Shown: positions 45,608-54,914 of the stretch, in pieces
How positions within the stretch are numbered: position 1 is the stretch's first letter
How the letters are laid out: each line of letters begins with the position of its first letter
Source: Patescibacteria group bacterium
Lineage (GTDB): Bacteria; Patescibacteriota; Patescibacteriia; UBA1558; GWA2-36-10
Assembly: GCA_018819405.1 (NCBI GenBank)
Contig: JAHJQF010000001.1
Location: 226,097 to 290,096 of the forward strand
Direction of reading: 5' to 3'
Length of the DNA stretch: 64,000 nt
Made by a program: the position numbers and the translations under genes
Notes under the pieces: model-generated
The model's database searches: none
Told to the model about the DNA's origin: nothing
What the model saw: only the letters and a program-made list of their open reading frames with translations

Positions 45608-46048
45608 TTAAAGTCTAGATTTTTCAAATTTCCATTCTATAAGTTGACCTGGCTGGGGGAAGAATTTGTCGGCAGATATGAGTGGCTGCTCAAAGTCTAC
45701 AAAGTATTGCCAGTATTTTTGGTCAATGCCGTTTTCATGATCTCTTATTTTGGTGACCAAATAGCCCATCTCGCCGTAATCTTCAAAAGAAAAATCCCAG
45801 TTCTGCTCAGCGGATATGTTAGAGGCGATATCTAGGAGACTTTCAGAGGGGTTTCGGTGTGGATATTGTAACTGAACAACATCTTCATTGTCAAATTCAA
45901 ATTTGACTACTATGATTCTGGTGTTTGGTGTTTCTTTTGGCTCAGCAAAATATTGAGGGCCTTGTTTTTGCCACAAAACAATAATAACAAAAACAAATAT
46001 TAGAGGTATAAGGATTTGTAAAATTTTTTTCGGATTTTTTTCGGTCAT
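45608..46048 (-). CDS. DUF4430 (transcobalamin C-terminal-like) protein
   Basis: N-terminal TM; G.LVTKI...ENG....WQYFV....SAD....IEWKF. Confidence 0.75.
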   Translation of the reverse strand: MTEKNPKKILQILIPLIFVFVIIVLWQKQGPQYFAEPKETPNTRIIVVKFEFDNEDVVQLQYPHRNPSESLLDIASNISAEQNWDFSFEDYGEMGYLVTKIRDHENGIDQKYWQYFVDFEQPLISADKFFPQPGQLIEWKFEKSRL

Positions 46049-46109
46049 AATATTAAATGTCTATTAATTATTTTATATTATTTATTCTTTTATCTGTTAA
46101 AATAAATTA

Positions 46110-46649
46110 TTAATATTCTATTCCCTGACGAGCATCCAAGCCTTTTTCAGAGTAATGTCGGACAGCTCTTATCTCACTAACCAAGTCAGCTAGTTCAATG
46201 ATTTCATTTGGAGCATAGCGTCCAGTCAAAATAAGCTCCAAGTGTTTAGGTTTTTGTTTTACTAGATTTAGTAGGTCATTTAATTCTAGAAGCTCAGTTT
46301 TTACTGTAGTGTTTATTTCGTCTAGTATGAGCATATCTAAATTAATAGTCATCCACTCTTTGGCACATTGTATAGCTTCTTTGGCTTGATTTATATCTTC
46401 GGGTATATTATCAAAACGAAATCGGCTGCCCATCATACGAGGTAGGCCAAAAGCTTGGTATTTTAGACCATATGGTTCCAATTTGTCCAATATTTTTCTT
46501 TCGCTGTAATATTCTCCGCCTTTATCAAAATAGATAATGCCGACTTTTAAGCCATTGCCAATAGCTCGTATAGCCAGCCCCAGAGAAGCGGTGGTTTTTC
46601 CCTTGCCATCGCCAGTATATATATGTATTTTTCCTATATTTTTAGCCAT
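46110..46649 (-). CDS. cobO: Cob(I)alamin adenosyltransferase (CobO/BtuR)
   Basis: IYTGDGKGKTTASLG.A.RA.G, ILDEIN, ELILTGR, ADLVSE, GIEY. Confidence 0.93.
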   Translation of the reverse strand: MAKNIGKIHIYTGDGKGKTTASLGLAIRAIGNGLKVGIIYFDKGGEYYSERKILDKLEPYGLKYQAFGLPRMMGSRFRFDNIPEDINQAKEAIQCAKEWMTINLDMLILDEINTTVKTELLELNDLLNLVKQKPKHLELILTGRYAPNEIIELADLVSEIRAVRHYSEKGLDARQGIEY

Positions 46650-46827
46650 TTTGTTGACAATATATGAAGTAGCGGTATAAGATAAAAATAAAGCTACTCA
46701 GTTAGCTTAAGTACATCAATTTTACCCTGAAATGAAAGGGAATGCAATGCAAGATAATCAGCAACAAACTGACACTGATGATAGTCCTTAATCCCCGATA
46801 TACCAACACATCCCCCGAGAAAGGCTG

Positions 46828-47112
46828 GTGAAAATGAATAGGGTCTTAAAAAGCCCCGTTGCTTGGTCACTCTTGGTCATAGTTTTGGAGATAAGCGTCT
46901 TGCTCTTGGTCCCTGACCACTTTCTGAAGAGGCTCATCTCTTTGCTCTTGGCTGCCCCAGCCTTGCTTATTTGGAGGCTGGAAAAATACCAGAGAGAGAT
47001 TCCTTTCAATCGTTATTCCCTGCTAGTGTCCTTGTTGACTGTCTTTATGGTCTTGGCCATTTTTTTGGCCTACAAGAACCTGTGCCAGTGGAATCCGGCT
47101 CATTTTCAGTAA
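46828..47112 (+). CDS. Small membrane protein (GC-rich)
   Basis: Three hydrophobic segments; downstream terminator ~47145-47190. Confidence 0.55.
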   Translation: MKMNRVLKSPVAWSLLVIVLEISVLLLVPDHFLKRLISLLLAAPALLIWRLEKYQREIPFNRYSLLVSLLTVFMVLAIFLAYKNLCQWNPAHFQ

Positions 47113-47199
47113 AGGAGGATGCAGACAGTGTCTTCCCCCGACAAAAAACCCACCTGATCATGCCAACGAGGCATAGGTGGGTTTTCTTTTTACAAAAAT

Positions 47200-47493
47200 T
47201 TAGGCAGGGATATTTATCCAAGTGCTCAACATTATAAATAATAGGTTGAGCAGAGTCATAAAAGACATAAAAGACGCCAGCCAAAACATATAACGCTGGT
47301 ATTTTTGGTTGGCGGAATTATTTTTTTCAATACTTTGGTTGAGCCGCACCATATTTTCATACAGCCTATAATTGAGGATCCATTTAGCTAGGTCAGCATT
47401 GGGAGTGTCAAATTGATCATAGATAATTTCTAAGAGGTCAGTATCAGGGCTGTTTAAATAATCTTTTATTTTTTTGCGTTCATTATTATCCAT
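47200..47493 (-). CDS. Hypothetical protein with C-terminal TM
   Basis: ORF with host-like composition. Confidence 0.55.
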   Translation of the reverse strand: MDNNERKKIKDYLNSPDTDLLEIIYDQFDTPNADLAKWILNYRLYENMVRLNQSIEKNNSANQKYQRYMFWLASFMSFMTLLNLLFIMLSTWINIPA

Positions 47494-47561
47494 TTTTTTT
47501 TAATTAATTTTATATGTTTATATTAGCTTATTTATAATTTTCTGGCAAAATTGACAGAATA

Positions 47562-48458
47562 TTAAAGCATTAGGATTTTATTTTTTATAGCCTCCTCATA
47601 AATATAAAATCTTTTGAGTAGCAGATAAATAGGCCATTTGGTAAAAAATATTTTTAAGTCTCTTTTGCCGTGAGCCAGATATCTAATAAATAAAATTGGT
47701 ATAATAATAGGAAAAATTAAAATATGAAAATATTCTACATAATTTACAAACAGTCCAAATTTTATAGGGGGTTTAAAAATTAAATAATCTTTAGGGTATT
47801 TTTTCTTTAGGATTGGCCAGACCGAGCCGTTGTGTGCAGATTTTAGAAGTGATCTGGTGGTCCAATTATCTGCCTGATGACAGACGACAGCCGTGGGTTG
47901 TTTTTTAAAATCAAAACCATAACTGACAGTACGAATAGCCATTTCCGAATCTTCATTATTATATTTGAAAAATTGAGGATCAAAATATCCGCAAGTATCA
48001 AAAACTTTTTTATGATAAGCAACGTTGGCACCCATCGGCCAGTGGGCCTTGATATTTTGAACCAGGCGCTCAGGAAAATATCCCTTGTAATTTTTGTCAA
48101 TATAAAAAACTTGTCCTATGACCAGGCCGACATTTTCACTGTCAAATCCAGCGACCAATTGGCTCAACCAATTTTTTTCCGGTAGGCAGTCATCATCAGT
48201 AAAGGCTATTATGTCATAATAGGTGTTTTTGATACCAGTATTTCTGGCTACACTTAAACCCAAGTTTTTTTTATGATGAATTATTTTTATTTTAGGATCA
48301 GATAAGCTGTCCAAAAATTCTTTGGTGTCGTCAGTAGATCCGTCATTAACTATGACAATTTCATATTCGGAAAAGTCTTGAGCCAACAAAGCCTCTAGAC
48401 ATTTTTTGAGATAGGCCAGTCGGTTGAAAGTAGATAGCACTATTGAGCAGTTTTTCAT
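47562..48458 (-). CDS. Glycosyltransferase family 2
   Basis: VNDGSTD, ARNTG, AFTDDD, GANVAY, EDSE. Confidence 0.93.
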   Translation of the reverse strand: MKNCSIVLSTFNRLAYLKKCLEALLAQDFSEYEIVIVNDGSTDDTKEFLDSLSDPKIKIIHHKKNLGLSVARNTGIKNTYYDIIAFTDDDCLPEKNWLSQLVAGFDSENVGLVIGQVFYIDKNYKGYFPERLVQNIKAHWPMGANVAYHKKVFDTCGYFDPQFFKYNNEDSEMAIRTVSYGFDFKKQPTAVVCHQADNWTTRSLLKSAHNGSVWPILKKKYPKDYLIFKPPIKFGLFVNYVEYFHILIFPIIIPILFIRYLAHGKRDLKIFFTKWPIYLLLKRFYIYEEAIKNKILML

Positions 48459-48543
48459 ATAGTATAATATTATCTTATATATAGTAAGATGTAAATTTTG
48501 ACATATTTTCTGAATATGTTAATATAAAAAGACAGTAAAATTT

Positions 48544-48676
48544 ATGAAACATTTTGCCTTCACAATACAACCGACCCCGAAGTTAACTATGATGGTTAGC
48601 TTCTTCTGCCGTTTTTAAATTTGCTAGACAAAAAAGACACAACAAGCTGATCGTCATGGTGATGGTCAGTTTTTTT
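48544..48676 (+). promoter_or_regulatory. Candidate leader-peptide attenuator (24-aa uORF 48544-48618, terminator 48646-48676)
   Basis: TTGACA 48498; uORF MKHFAFTIQPTPKLTMMVSFFCRF; ATGATGGTTAGCTT can pair with AAGCTGATCGTCAT, the terminator 5' arm. Confidence 0.55.
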
Positions 48677-48703
48677 GTTCTTTCAATTTGTGGAGGAAGA
48701 CCA

Positions 48704-48928
48704 ATGGCAGTCAAACGTCTTTTTGTGGTAGCTGATAGCCATGATTTGGGAGCTTTGGCCAAAGCTCTTATCTCGGTGGGGGTAGCTGCCGAACAGATTC
48801 ATATCTCCAAGGATCAGCTGAACTCAGAACTTACCAGCCTGGGCGTCCGGGCCGATGTGCCCTCCGGTGAGCTGGAAGTCAGTTCTCGCTACAAGATTGA
48901 TACGGCCTCGCAAATGGGCGTGCCCTAG
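48704..48928 (+). CDS. Small protein, possibly ACT-like (GC-rich)
   Basis: GGAGG SD; D..LGALAKAL segment reminiscent of ACT domains. Confidence 0.5.
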   Translation: MAVKRLFVVADSHDLGALAKALISVGVAAEQIHISKDQLNSELTSLGVRADVPSGELEVSSRYKIDTASQMGVP

Positions 48929-49037
48929 GCTTGGCGCTGGTCAATCAAAAGGGCGTTCGAATTTTTCGAACGCCTTTGTTTTTTCATTAGCCAAGGAAAA
49001 AGCTATGTGTTATTATATAAATAATAAAACAATATAT

Positions 49038-49628
49038 ATGGGAAAAATACAAGATTTACCAACAGGTCAGGGCTTTAGTTCCAAGCGTTGGGACAAAGGA
49101 TTTAAATCCAGCACCAGATTTGGGGACTTAAGTTCTTTGCGTGACAATCAAGAGGCTCTTAGTGAGGTTGCCAAAAAAAGGCAGTCGGCTATAAGGCGTG
49201 GTAGTTATGACAGTAGTAGTCGAAGATCGGATTATCAAGAGATACTCAAAATGGATCAAAGTCTTACTAGTCGGGATAAAAAATATGTAAGGGATATTTT
49301 GGATCACTGGTCCAATCCTCCTAAACCGGAAAACAAAACTCCTGAAGTAAAAAAAACTATTTCCAAAAAAATTAGCCCCAGAAGAAAGTATGAAAGAGAA
49401 TTACCCAGTTTCTTGCAGACAGGAAATAAGCCAGGTTCTTTTGGTAAGAATGATACTAAAAATAGTAGTCCCTATGGATCACCAAGTTTCAATACTTTAA
49501 GCCCAGGGCAGGGCAAAAATGCTAATGTCTCTAGTAGCCCATATAAAGGTGGATCGTCTTCTTTACCAAGCTCTTCCGGATCATTAGGTGGATCATCTGG
49601 GGCATTTCGTCGGCCAAAATTATTTTAA
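49038..49628 (+). CDS. Basic, Ser/Gly-rich low-complexity protein
   Basis: ATG after AT-rich leader; terminator ~49638-49665. Confidence 0.6.
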   Translation: MGKIQDLPTGQGFSSKRWDKGFKSSTRFGDLSSLRDNQEALSEVAKKRQSAIRRGSYDSSSRRSDYQEILKMDQSLTSRDKKYVRDILDHWSNPPKPENKTPEVKKTISKKISPRRKYERELPSFLQTGNKPGSFGKNDTKNSSPYGSPSFNTLSPGQGKNANVSSSPYKGGSSSLPSSSGSLGGSSGAFRRPKLF

Positions 49629-49668
49629 AACAGATATTTTAAAACCCGTATGATTACGGGTTTTAAAT

Positions 49669-50193
49669 TTATTTTATTATAGTTATGTCTTTTGGCAGAC
49701 CTTGAATGATTATGTCTAGATCATGTTGAGAATAATTATTACCAGATAAATTGAGTGCTTTTAGATTTTTTAAATTTGCCAATTCATTAGGTAGGCCAGT
49801 CAGTTGATTGTTGGATAAATCTAATATTTCTAGTTTGGATAGTTGACCAATCTCGGCCGGTACGCCAGTCATCTGATTGTTGCTGGCATTGAGGACACGT
49901 AGATTTTGCAAATGCCTTATCTCAGCCTGGATAGAGCCGGTCAAATTATTGCCGGAAACATTAAGGCTTTCCAACTTTGTCTGAGAAAAAACATATTCTG
50001 GTATTTTGTCTAATCCCTGATTACTTAGATTTAGATTGTTGTTGCCAATGTCAACTTCATTAGTATCGGAGTTTACTTCGCTGTTTGTGTTGGTATTTTC
50101 ATTAGTATTGTTGGTATTGGTAGCTGGTTTTGTGATAGTGCATCCTGTGACCAAAAAAGCAGTTACAAGCACTATAAAAGCTATATTTTTCAT
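49669..50193 (-). CDS. Leucine-rich repeat lipoprotein
   Basis: Lipobox LVTGC; LxxLxLSxNxLTG.P repeats. Confidence 0.9.
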   Translation of the reverse strand: MKNIAFIVLVTAFLVTGCTITKPATNTNNTNENTNTNSEVNSDTNEVDIGNNNLNLSNQGLDKIPEYVFSQTKLESLNVSGNNLTGSIQAEIRHLQNLRVLNASNNQMTGVPAEIGQLSKLEILDLSNNQLTGLPNELANLKNLKALNLSGNNYSQHDLDIIIQGLPKDITIIK

Positions 50194-50337
50194 ATATTTG
50201 TTGTTTACTTATAATACCTGTAGTGTAGCCTATATAGTTAACTGTGTAAATGAAAGAGCCCTCGTCGCTTTTGGCGACGAGGGCTGCCCCTGGCTAGTAA
50301 TGGCGAGAGCCAGTTCGTTTGCGCAGAGTGATCTCGG

Positions 50338-50523
50338 CTACTTTTTATCGGTCGGCAAGTTGCCGGCCTTGATGGCCTCGTAGATCTCGTGCCGATGCAC
50401 GGGGATGGAGCGAGGGGCGTCGATGCCGACTTGGACTTGGTCGCCACGGATGTCGACAATAATAATGGCGATGTCATCGCCGATCATGATTCTCTCGCTT
50501 CTTTTGCGACTGATGATAAGCAT
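50338..50523 (-). CDS. csrA: Carbon storage regulator CsrA
   Basis: MLIISRK..E.IMIGDDI...V.VGIDAP.SIPVHR.EIY. Confidence 0.93.
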   Translation of the reverse strand: MLIISRKRSERIMIGDDIAIIIVDIRGDQVQVGIDAPRSIPVHRHEIYEAIKAGNLPTDKK

Positions 50524-50664
50524 GTCTTCCTCCCTGAAGAGTGAGTCATCCTTGAGTAGTCTGTCTAGCTATAGAGCTAGGGTGAAAATGAACCGCAATT
50601 ATTTTAGGGTTTTTAGGGGTTTTTGTCAATAATAAAACCCCGCTCAAAAAGCGGGGTAAGATAT

Positions 50665-51438
50665 TTATGAGACTAGTGGAAAAAATATAGCATGGAGCAT
50701 TATATCAGCACAGAAGTGGGCAATTATGGCTGACTCCAAACCTTTTTTCCAATATAGCCAGCCAAAGATTATTCCACCTACACCATTTAAGACTAGAGCC
50801 CGAATTAGTACCAGAGGAGTGATAGCTGTGACAGCCGCTGTGACTGGCAGGTGGCCTAGACCAAACAAAATAGAAGAAAGTATAATTGCTGTCCAAACAA
50901 GCCAATTTTTTTCCAGTATTTTGTCTTGGCTTTTGCTAATCTTGGCAAGCAGCCAGATTATAAAAGTCATAAAAAACAATCTCATCACAATCTCTTCGCT
51001 AATGCCGCCATAAAAAGAGGCCAAAACACCTTGCCAGACTGGGGCAGATATCTGCTCGCCGACACGGACACCTAGTTTGATAAACAAAAATTCCAAAATT
51101 ATGATAGCTAGGGCGGCTACTATACCAAGTAGAATAGATATTTTGATAGTATCTTTGATATTTATTTCTATTTTTTGTTTAGCAAGATAGTTTTCAATAA
51201 TAGGTATTTGTAGGCCGATTTTTTTTGAGAGTATTAATCCAATAAATAGCAAAACACCTATCAAGACAGTACTTTGAATTATAGCTAAAGATATTACTAG
51301 AGGTAGTGGTAGAGGAGATTGTTTCAAAATATCACCCTGCACCGACATTATATAGGGCATGATAAGGATGATAGAAAAAAGGCTAGCTAGCAATAGGACA
51401 AAATATAGTTTCCAGTTGATTAAATTTTTTAGTTTCAT
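50665..51438 (-). CDS. CPBP (CAAX/Abi) intramembrane metalloprotease
   Basis: EEIVMR, FGLGH, AIIAH. Confidence 0.9.
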   Translation of the reverse strand: MKLKNLINWKLYFVLLLASLFSIILIMPYIMSVQGDILKQSPLPLPLVISLAIIQSTVLIGVLLFIGLILSKKIGLQIPIIENYLAKQKIEINIKDTIKISILLGIVAALAIIILEFLFIKLGVRVGEQISAPVWQGVLASFYGGISEEIVMRLFFMTFIIWLLAKISKSQDKILEKNWLVWTAIILSSILFGLGHLPVTAAVTAITPLVLIRALVLNGVGGIIFGWLYWKKGLESAIIAHFCADIMLHAIFFPLVS

Positions 51439-51644
51439 ATTTTTATTATAAAGCTTTATATTTTTTCAAAAAAAGCCCCCTAGTCCATGCACTTGGGGAC
51501 TCCGACACGGACGGGGCAGCCAATCCCTTTTCAGTTCTTCCTTATTTCTGATAGTAAGTTTATACCTGCGTGTCTACTTATGGAACGACCAGCTTGGCTG
51601 ATGTGGTCGTGATGCAGCTAGTTTTTATTTCTAGCGGCCTTATT

Positions 51645-52268
51645 CTAATTGAGTTTGAAGCTATTATAAAATTTATCAAATAAATCGCTTTTGATAGCGC
51701 CGTTATTTATTAAATAACTGTAATTACCATTTTCTAATACGATTACTTCATAAATCCAACTCGGAGTAGATGGCGTAGTGATTGTGACCTTGACTGCAGA
51801 AACACCATTGACTGTTATGTTTTCCCTTTTCTCTTGTCTATCACTAAATTGTGTACCTACATTTTTTATTGGCGTCTCAGTGTCAGCTGTTTTTTTGTCA
51901 TATACGGAAATAAATAATTCCCCGTCATATCCATTGCCTCTGGTTCCATCACCAAAAGAAACATTTAATAATACTGCCGATGGACGATTGAGATCTTTGG
52001 CATTGACTTCATTGACGATTTCCCAATTCTGCGGATATTTAATTTCAAAGCCGTAATCACCTTGGTATATTTGCCAAGATAAAGTCTCATCAGTTGCTGG
52101 TGCTGGTTGTTTTGCAACAGCTGAAGTTTCTGCCTGATTGGTGTTTTTGTTGATTTCGGTCGTTATTTGATTAGCATTTTCGTTTGTAGTGGCCGTTTGT
52201 TGCGTAGTACACCCTGCTATAAATATGACTCCTATTGACAAGACACTCAATGTAATTATTTTTTTCAT
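51645..52268 (-). CDS. Lipoprotein (PsbP-like)
   Basis: Lipobox FIAGC; WQIY..YGFEIKYP.NW, FYNSFK. Confidence 0.7.
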   Translation of the reverse strand: MKKIITLSVLSIGVIFIAGCTTQQTATTNENANQITTEINKNTNQAETSAVAKQPAPATDETLSWQIYQGDYGFEIKYPQNWEIVNEVNAKDLNRPSAVLLNVSFGDGTRGNGYDGELFISVYDKKTADTETPIKNVGTQFSDRQEKRENITVNGVSAVKVTITTPSTPSWIYEVIVLENGNYSYLINNGAIKSDLFDKFYNSFKLN

Positions 52269-52317
52269 AAGTTTTATTTATTAATAAATTATATTGTCTA
52301 AATGAATATTTGTAATA

Positions 52318-52420
52318 ATTATATCATCATGGTCATGAGGAAGCAATGCAGGTAAATTGTAAATGTGGTGTCGTATGATGTTGAATTTTTTAGTTAAAAT
52401 CTATTATTTAAGGGAATTTT
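52318..52420 (-). repeat. Degenerate attC-like remnant
   Basis: Similar to 63872-64000 (ATTATATCATCA.GG..ATGAGGA.GCAATG.AGGT.AA; AAATG.GGTGT.GT.TGATGT.GAATTTT). Confidence 0.6.
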
Positions 52421-52536
52421 TTGGGTATTTTTTAACCTTGACATAATGTAGTATTCATGATATAATATAGCATTAACCAAAAATAGGTCAATTCTGGCCA
52501 CTGGTTGTGTACCTGTCATCAGAAGAGAGGTGTGTA

Positions 52537-52707
52537 ATGAGTGTTTGGAGATATGTCGCAAAAGTCCTCAACATCTGGTCTGCCGCATTGGGATTGATCG
52601 GATTGATTGTAATCCGCAAAGATCCCACGAGTAGTTACTATCTGCTCGGTGTGGTAGCCTTGTCCCTGTTGGTTGCCATCAACTGCAAACTCAACTCCCC
52701 GAAGTAG
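52537..52707 (+). CDS. Small two-TM protein (GC-rich)
   Basis: GAGG SD, upstream TTGACA/TATAAT, downstream hairpin. Confidence 0.55.
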   Translation: MSVWRYVAKVLNIWSAALGLIGLIVIRKDPTSSYYLLGVVALSLLVAINCKLNSPK

Positions 52708-52852
52708 TGTGGAAACCCATTGAGACCCGGGTTAGAATAGGGTCTCTTTTTTTGTTATTTTTGCTATTGACAAAATAGTAAAAATATGATATAATTGTCA
52801 GTTAACGATAGGGCTTTACCCTATAAACAGTTCTTAAACAAAGGGGTTTCCC

Positions 52853-53458
52853 ATGTACGGAATTAGTGTCTTAGTTGCCACTGTGCTCTTGATTGTTTCA
52901 GGTCTGGACTATGTTCGTCGGGCCTGGATTGGTCAGACTAGCCCTGTTCCAGCCACCTGGATTCTGATTCAGGTCACTCTGACATTGTCCTTCTGGATGT
53001 ATTGGAATAGCCCAGAGAAATCTTGGACTGCCAACATCGCTGTTACCGCTGGTCTTGTCAATGCCAGTATTATCTTCTTCGGGGTGATGGCTTCTCATAT
53101 CCGTCACCGTACCTTGAGGGTAGCTTTCAACAAATTGCAGGCCTGGTGTTTGGTTGGCGGTGGCGTGATCGTCATCTTCTGGCTGATCAGTCGTCGGCCG
53201 TTGACTTCCTACATATTGGTTCAGTGCATCGCTTTGGTGGCCTACATTGGTACGGTCAAGAAGCTTTGGACGGCCAAGGGAAGTAGTGAACCGCTGTTCC
53301 TTTGGGCTGCCGTGTTGTCGGCAAGTGTCATTGCGATTTACCCTGCTTGGGTAAAACACGACATCTTTTCATGGGTTTACATAATCAGGGCTGTGCCTTC
53401 CACAAGTTTTGTGATCTACTTGATCAGCAGAGCCAAAGCTAGGAATGTACACACTTGA
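52853..53458 (+). CDS. Multi-TM membrane protein (GC-rich)
   Basis: Own promoter, AAGGGG SD, terminator; G.T.P...TW and T..K......EP...W motifs. Confidence 0.7.
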   Translation: MYGISVLVATVLLIVSGLDYVRRAWIGQTSPVPATWILIQVTLTLSFWMYWNSPEKSWTANIAVTAGLVNASIIFFGVMASHIRHRTLRVAFNKLQAWCLVGGGVIVIFWLISRRPLTSYILVQCIALVAYIGTVKKLWTAKGSSEPLFLWAAVLSASVIAIYPAWVKHDIFSWVYIIRAVPSTSFVIYLISRAKARNVHT

Positions 53459-53550
53459 TTCGAACCGCCAATATACCGAAAGGTTGAGGCGGTTCTTCTT
53501 TTTTCTCCAAAAAATTCTCCAAACAAAAAACAATCTCAAATTTCTTTCTT

Positions 53551-53578
53551 GCGAAACCAGATACGCGGCGCTGTGAAT
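53551..53578 (-). repeat. Isolated degenerate attC-like arm
   Basis: GCGAAACCAGATACGCGGCGCTG resembles GCGAATCAGATACGCGGTGTTG at 57451. Confidence 0.5.
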
Positions 53579-53583
53579 AAAAA

Positions 53584-54453
53584 TTATATATTTATTTTAA
53601 CTTCTTTAATATTGGAAGCAAGCCCGCCGATTTTAATTTCGATAATGCTGTTATTTTTGATTTTTAGATTGGCCAATATTTTAGAAGGTCTTTTCATTGA
53701 ATATCCTTGTTCAAAAGTCAAATTGTTTATTTGTTTTTTTAAGATTTTTCCATATTTAAATAAATAACAAGCCAGAGCACCAGTAGCGGTTCCAGTGGCT
53801 GATTCTTCAGAAATACCATATAGTGGAGCAAAATTTCTACAGTAGGCGTTTGAATTATATTTTGTCTCCAAAGTAAATAAATGATAGCCAATAGCTTTAT
53901 GTTTTTTAGCAATATTAGAAATGGAGTTGATATTTGGTTTTATTTTATCTAAAGCGTCAATAGATTTGATAGGTATAAGAATGTCCTTTAAACCAGTTGA
54001 TACAATTTGAATAGGTAAATCATTGGGAATTATTTTCTCTGGGATGTTCAATGATTTCGCTATTTCTTTTTTTTCGAGTTTATTTAAAAACTTTGGTAAG
54101 TTTTGGTTCATGAAAATGGCCTTATCTTTCTTAATTTCAATATTAAGAATCCCAGATTTTGATTCCAAAGTATAATGACCTGGCTTTAAAAGCTTTTTTT
54201 TAGCCAATAAATAAAAAGTAGCAATCGTTGCATGGCCACATAAATTGATTTCCTTATTTGGAGTAAAGAATCTTATTTTGAGAGTAGCTTTGTTTGATTT
54301 TTGAACAAAAGCGGTTTCAGAAAAAGCCACTTTTTTTGCGATTAATGACATCTGTTTTGTGGAAAGATTGTCTGAATTCAAAACTACTCCGGCAGGGTTA
54401 CCACCATTGGTTATTTTAGAAAATGCATTGAGTGTAAAGACTTTGATGTTCAT
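53584..54453 (-). CDS. PhzF family epimerase
   Basis: GGNPAGVV, FSETAF, RFFTP..E..LCGHAT, EESATG. Confidence 0.93.
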   Translation of the reverse strand: MNIKVFTLNAFSKITNGGNPAGVVLNSDNLSTKQMSLIAKKVAFSETAFVQKSNKATLKIRFFTPNKEINLCGHATIATFYLLAKKKLLKPGHYTLESKSGILNIEIKKDKAIFMNQNLPKFLNKLEKKEIAKSLNIPEKIIPNDLPIQIVSTGLKDILIPIKSIDALDKIKPNINSISNIAKKHKAIGYHLFTLETKYNSNAYCRNFAPLYGISEESATGTATGALACYLFKYGKILKKQINNLTFEQGYSMKRPSKILANLKIKNNSIIEIKIGGLASNIKEVKINI

Positions 54454-54489
54454 ATTTGGCACGACCCGTTCCAACTGGTCAAAGCTATT

Positions 54490-54864
54490 TTAGTCATCAT
54501 TGGCCACACATTGGCCATTTTGGCACTTTACTGTTAATCCGACATTATAGCAATCAAATTCTACCGGCGGGCAATTCTTATAATTGTAGTCTTTTGTTAG
54601 TTGTTTTATAGGCGCCTCATCGGCATCTTTATTTGCTAAATAGTAGCAACCAAAAAGATAGTCCTCTACAATCAGACAATCAGAATCAGATTCACAATAA
54701 TTCATAGCTGCTGTTATTTTATAGGATTTCTTGAATAAATCATTGCAACTTAATTCGTTATTATTTATGGTAGGAACCTGCTCAGAATTTTCTTTATTGA
54801 TACTAGAACAGCCTGTTAATAAAAGCACAAAAATAATTAAAAAAATGTTAATGTTTTTTTTCAT
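54490..54864 (-). CDS. Cys-rich lipoprotein
   Basis: Lipobox LLTGC; CESDSDC...C..GQC. Confidence 0.7.
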   Translation of the reverse strand: MKKNINIFLIIFVLLLTGCSSINKENSEQVPTINNNELSCNDLFKKSYKITAAMNYCESDSDCLIVEDYLFGCYYLANKDADEAPIKQLTKDYNYKNCPPVEFDCYNVGLTVKCQNGQCVANDD

Positions 54865-54914
54865 AGTTTTATATTATTCATTAAATTTTTATATATTTTT
54901 GTAATATCTCTTTC

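Noticed and set aside
48855-49037. N-terminal extension of the 257-aa ORF
   Set aside because: Runs across the upstream gene and its terminator; ATG 49038 is more plausible.
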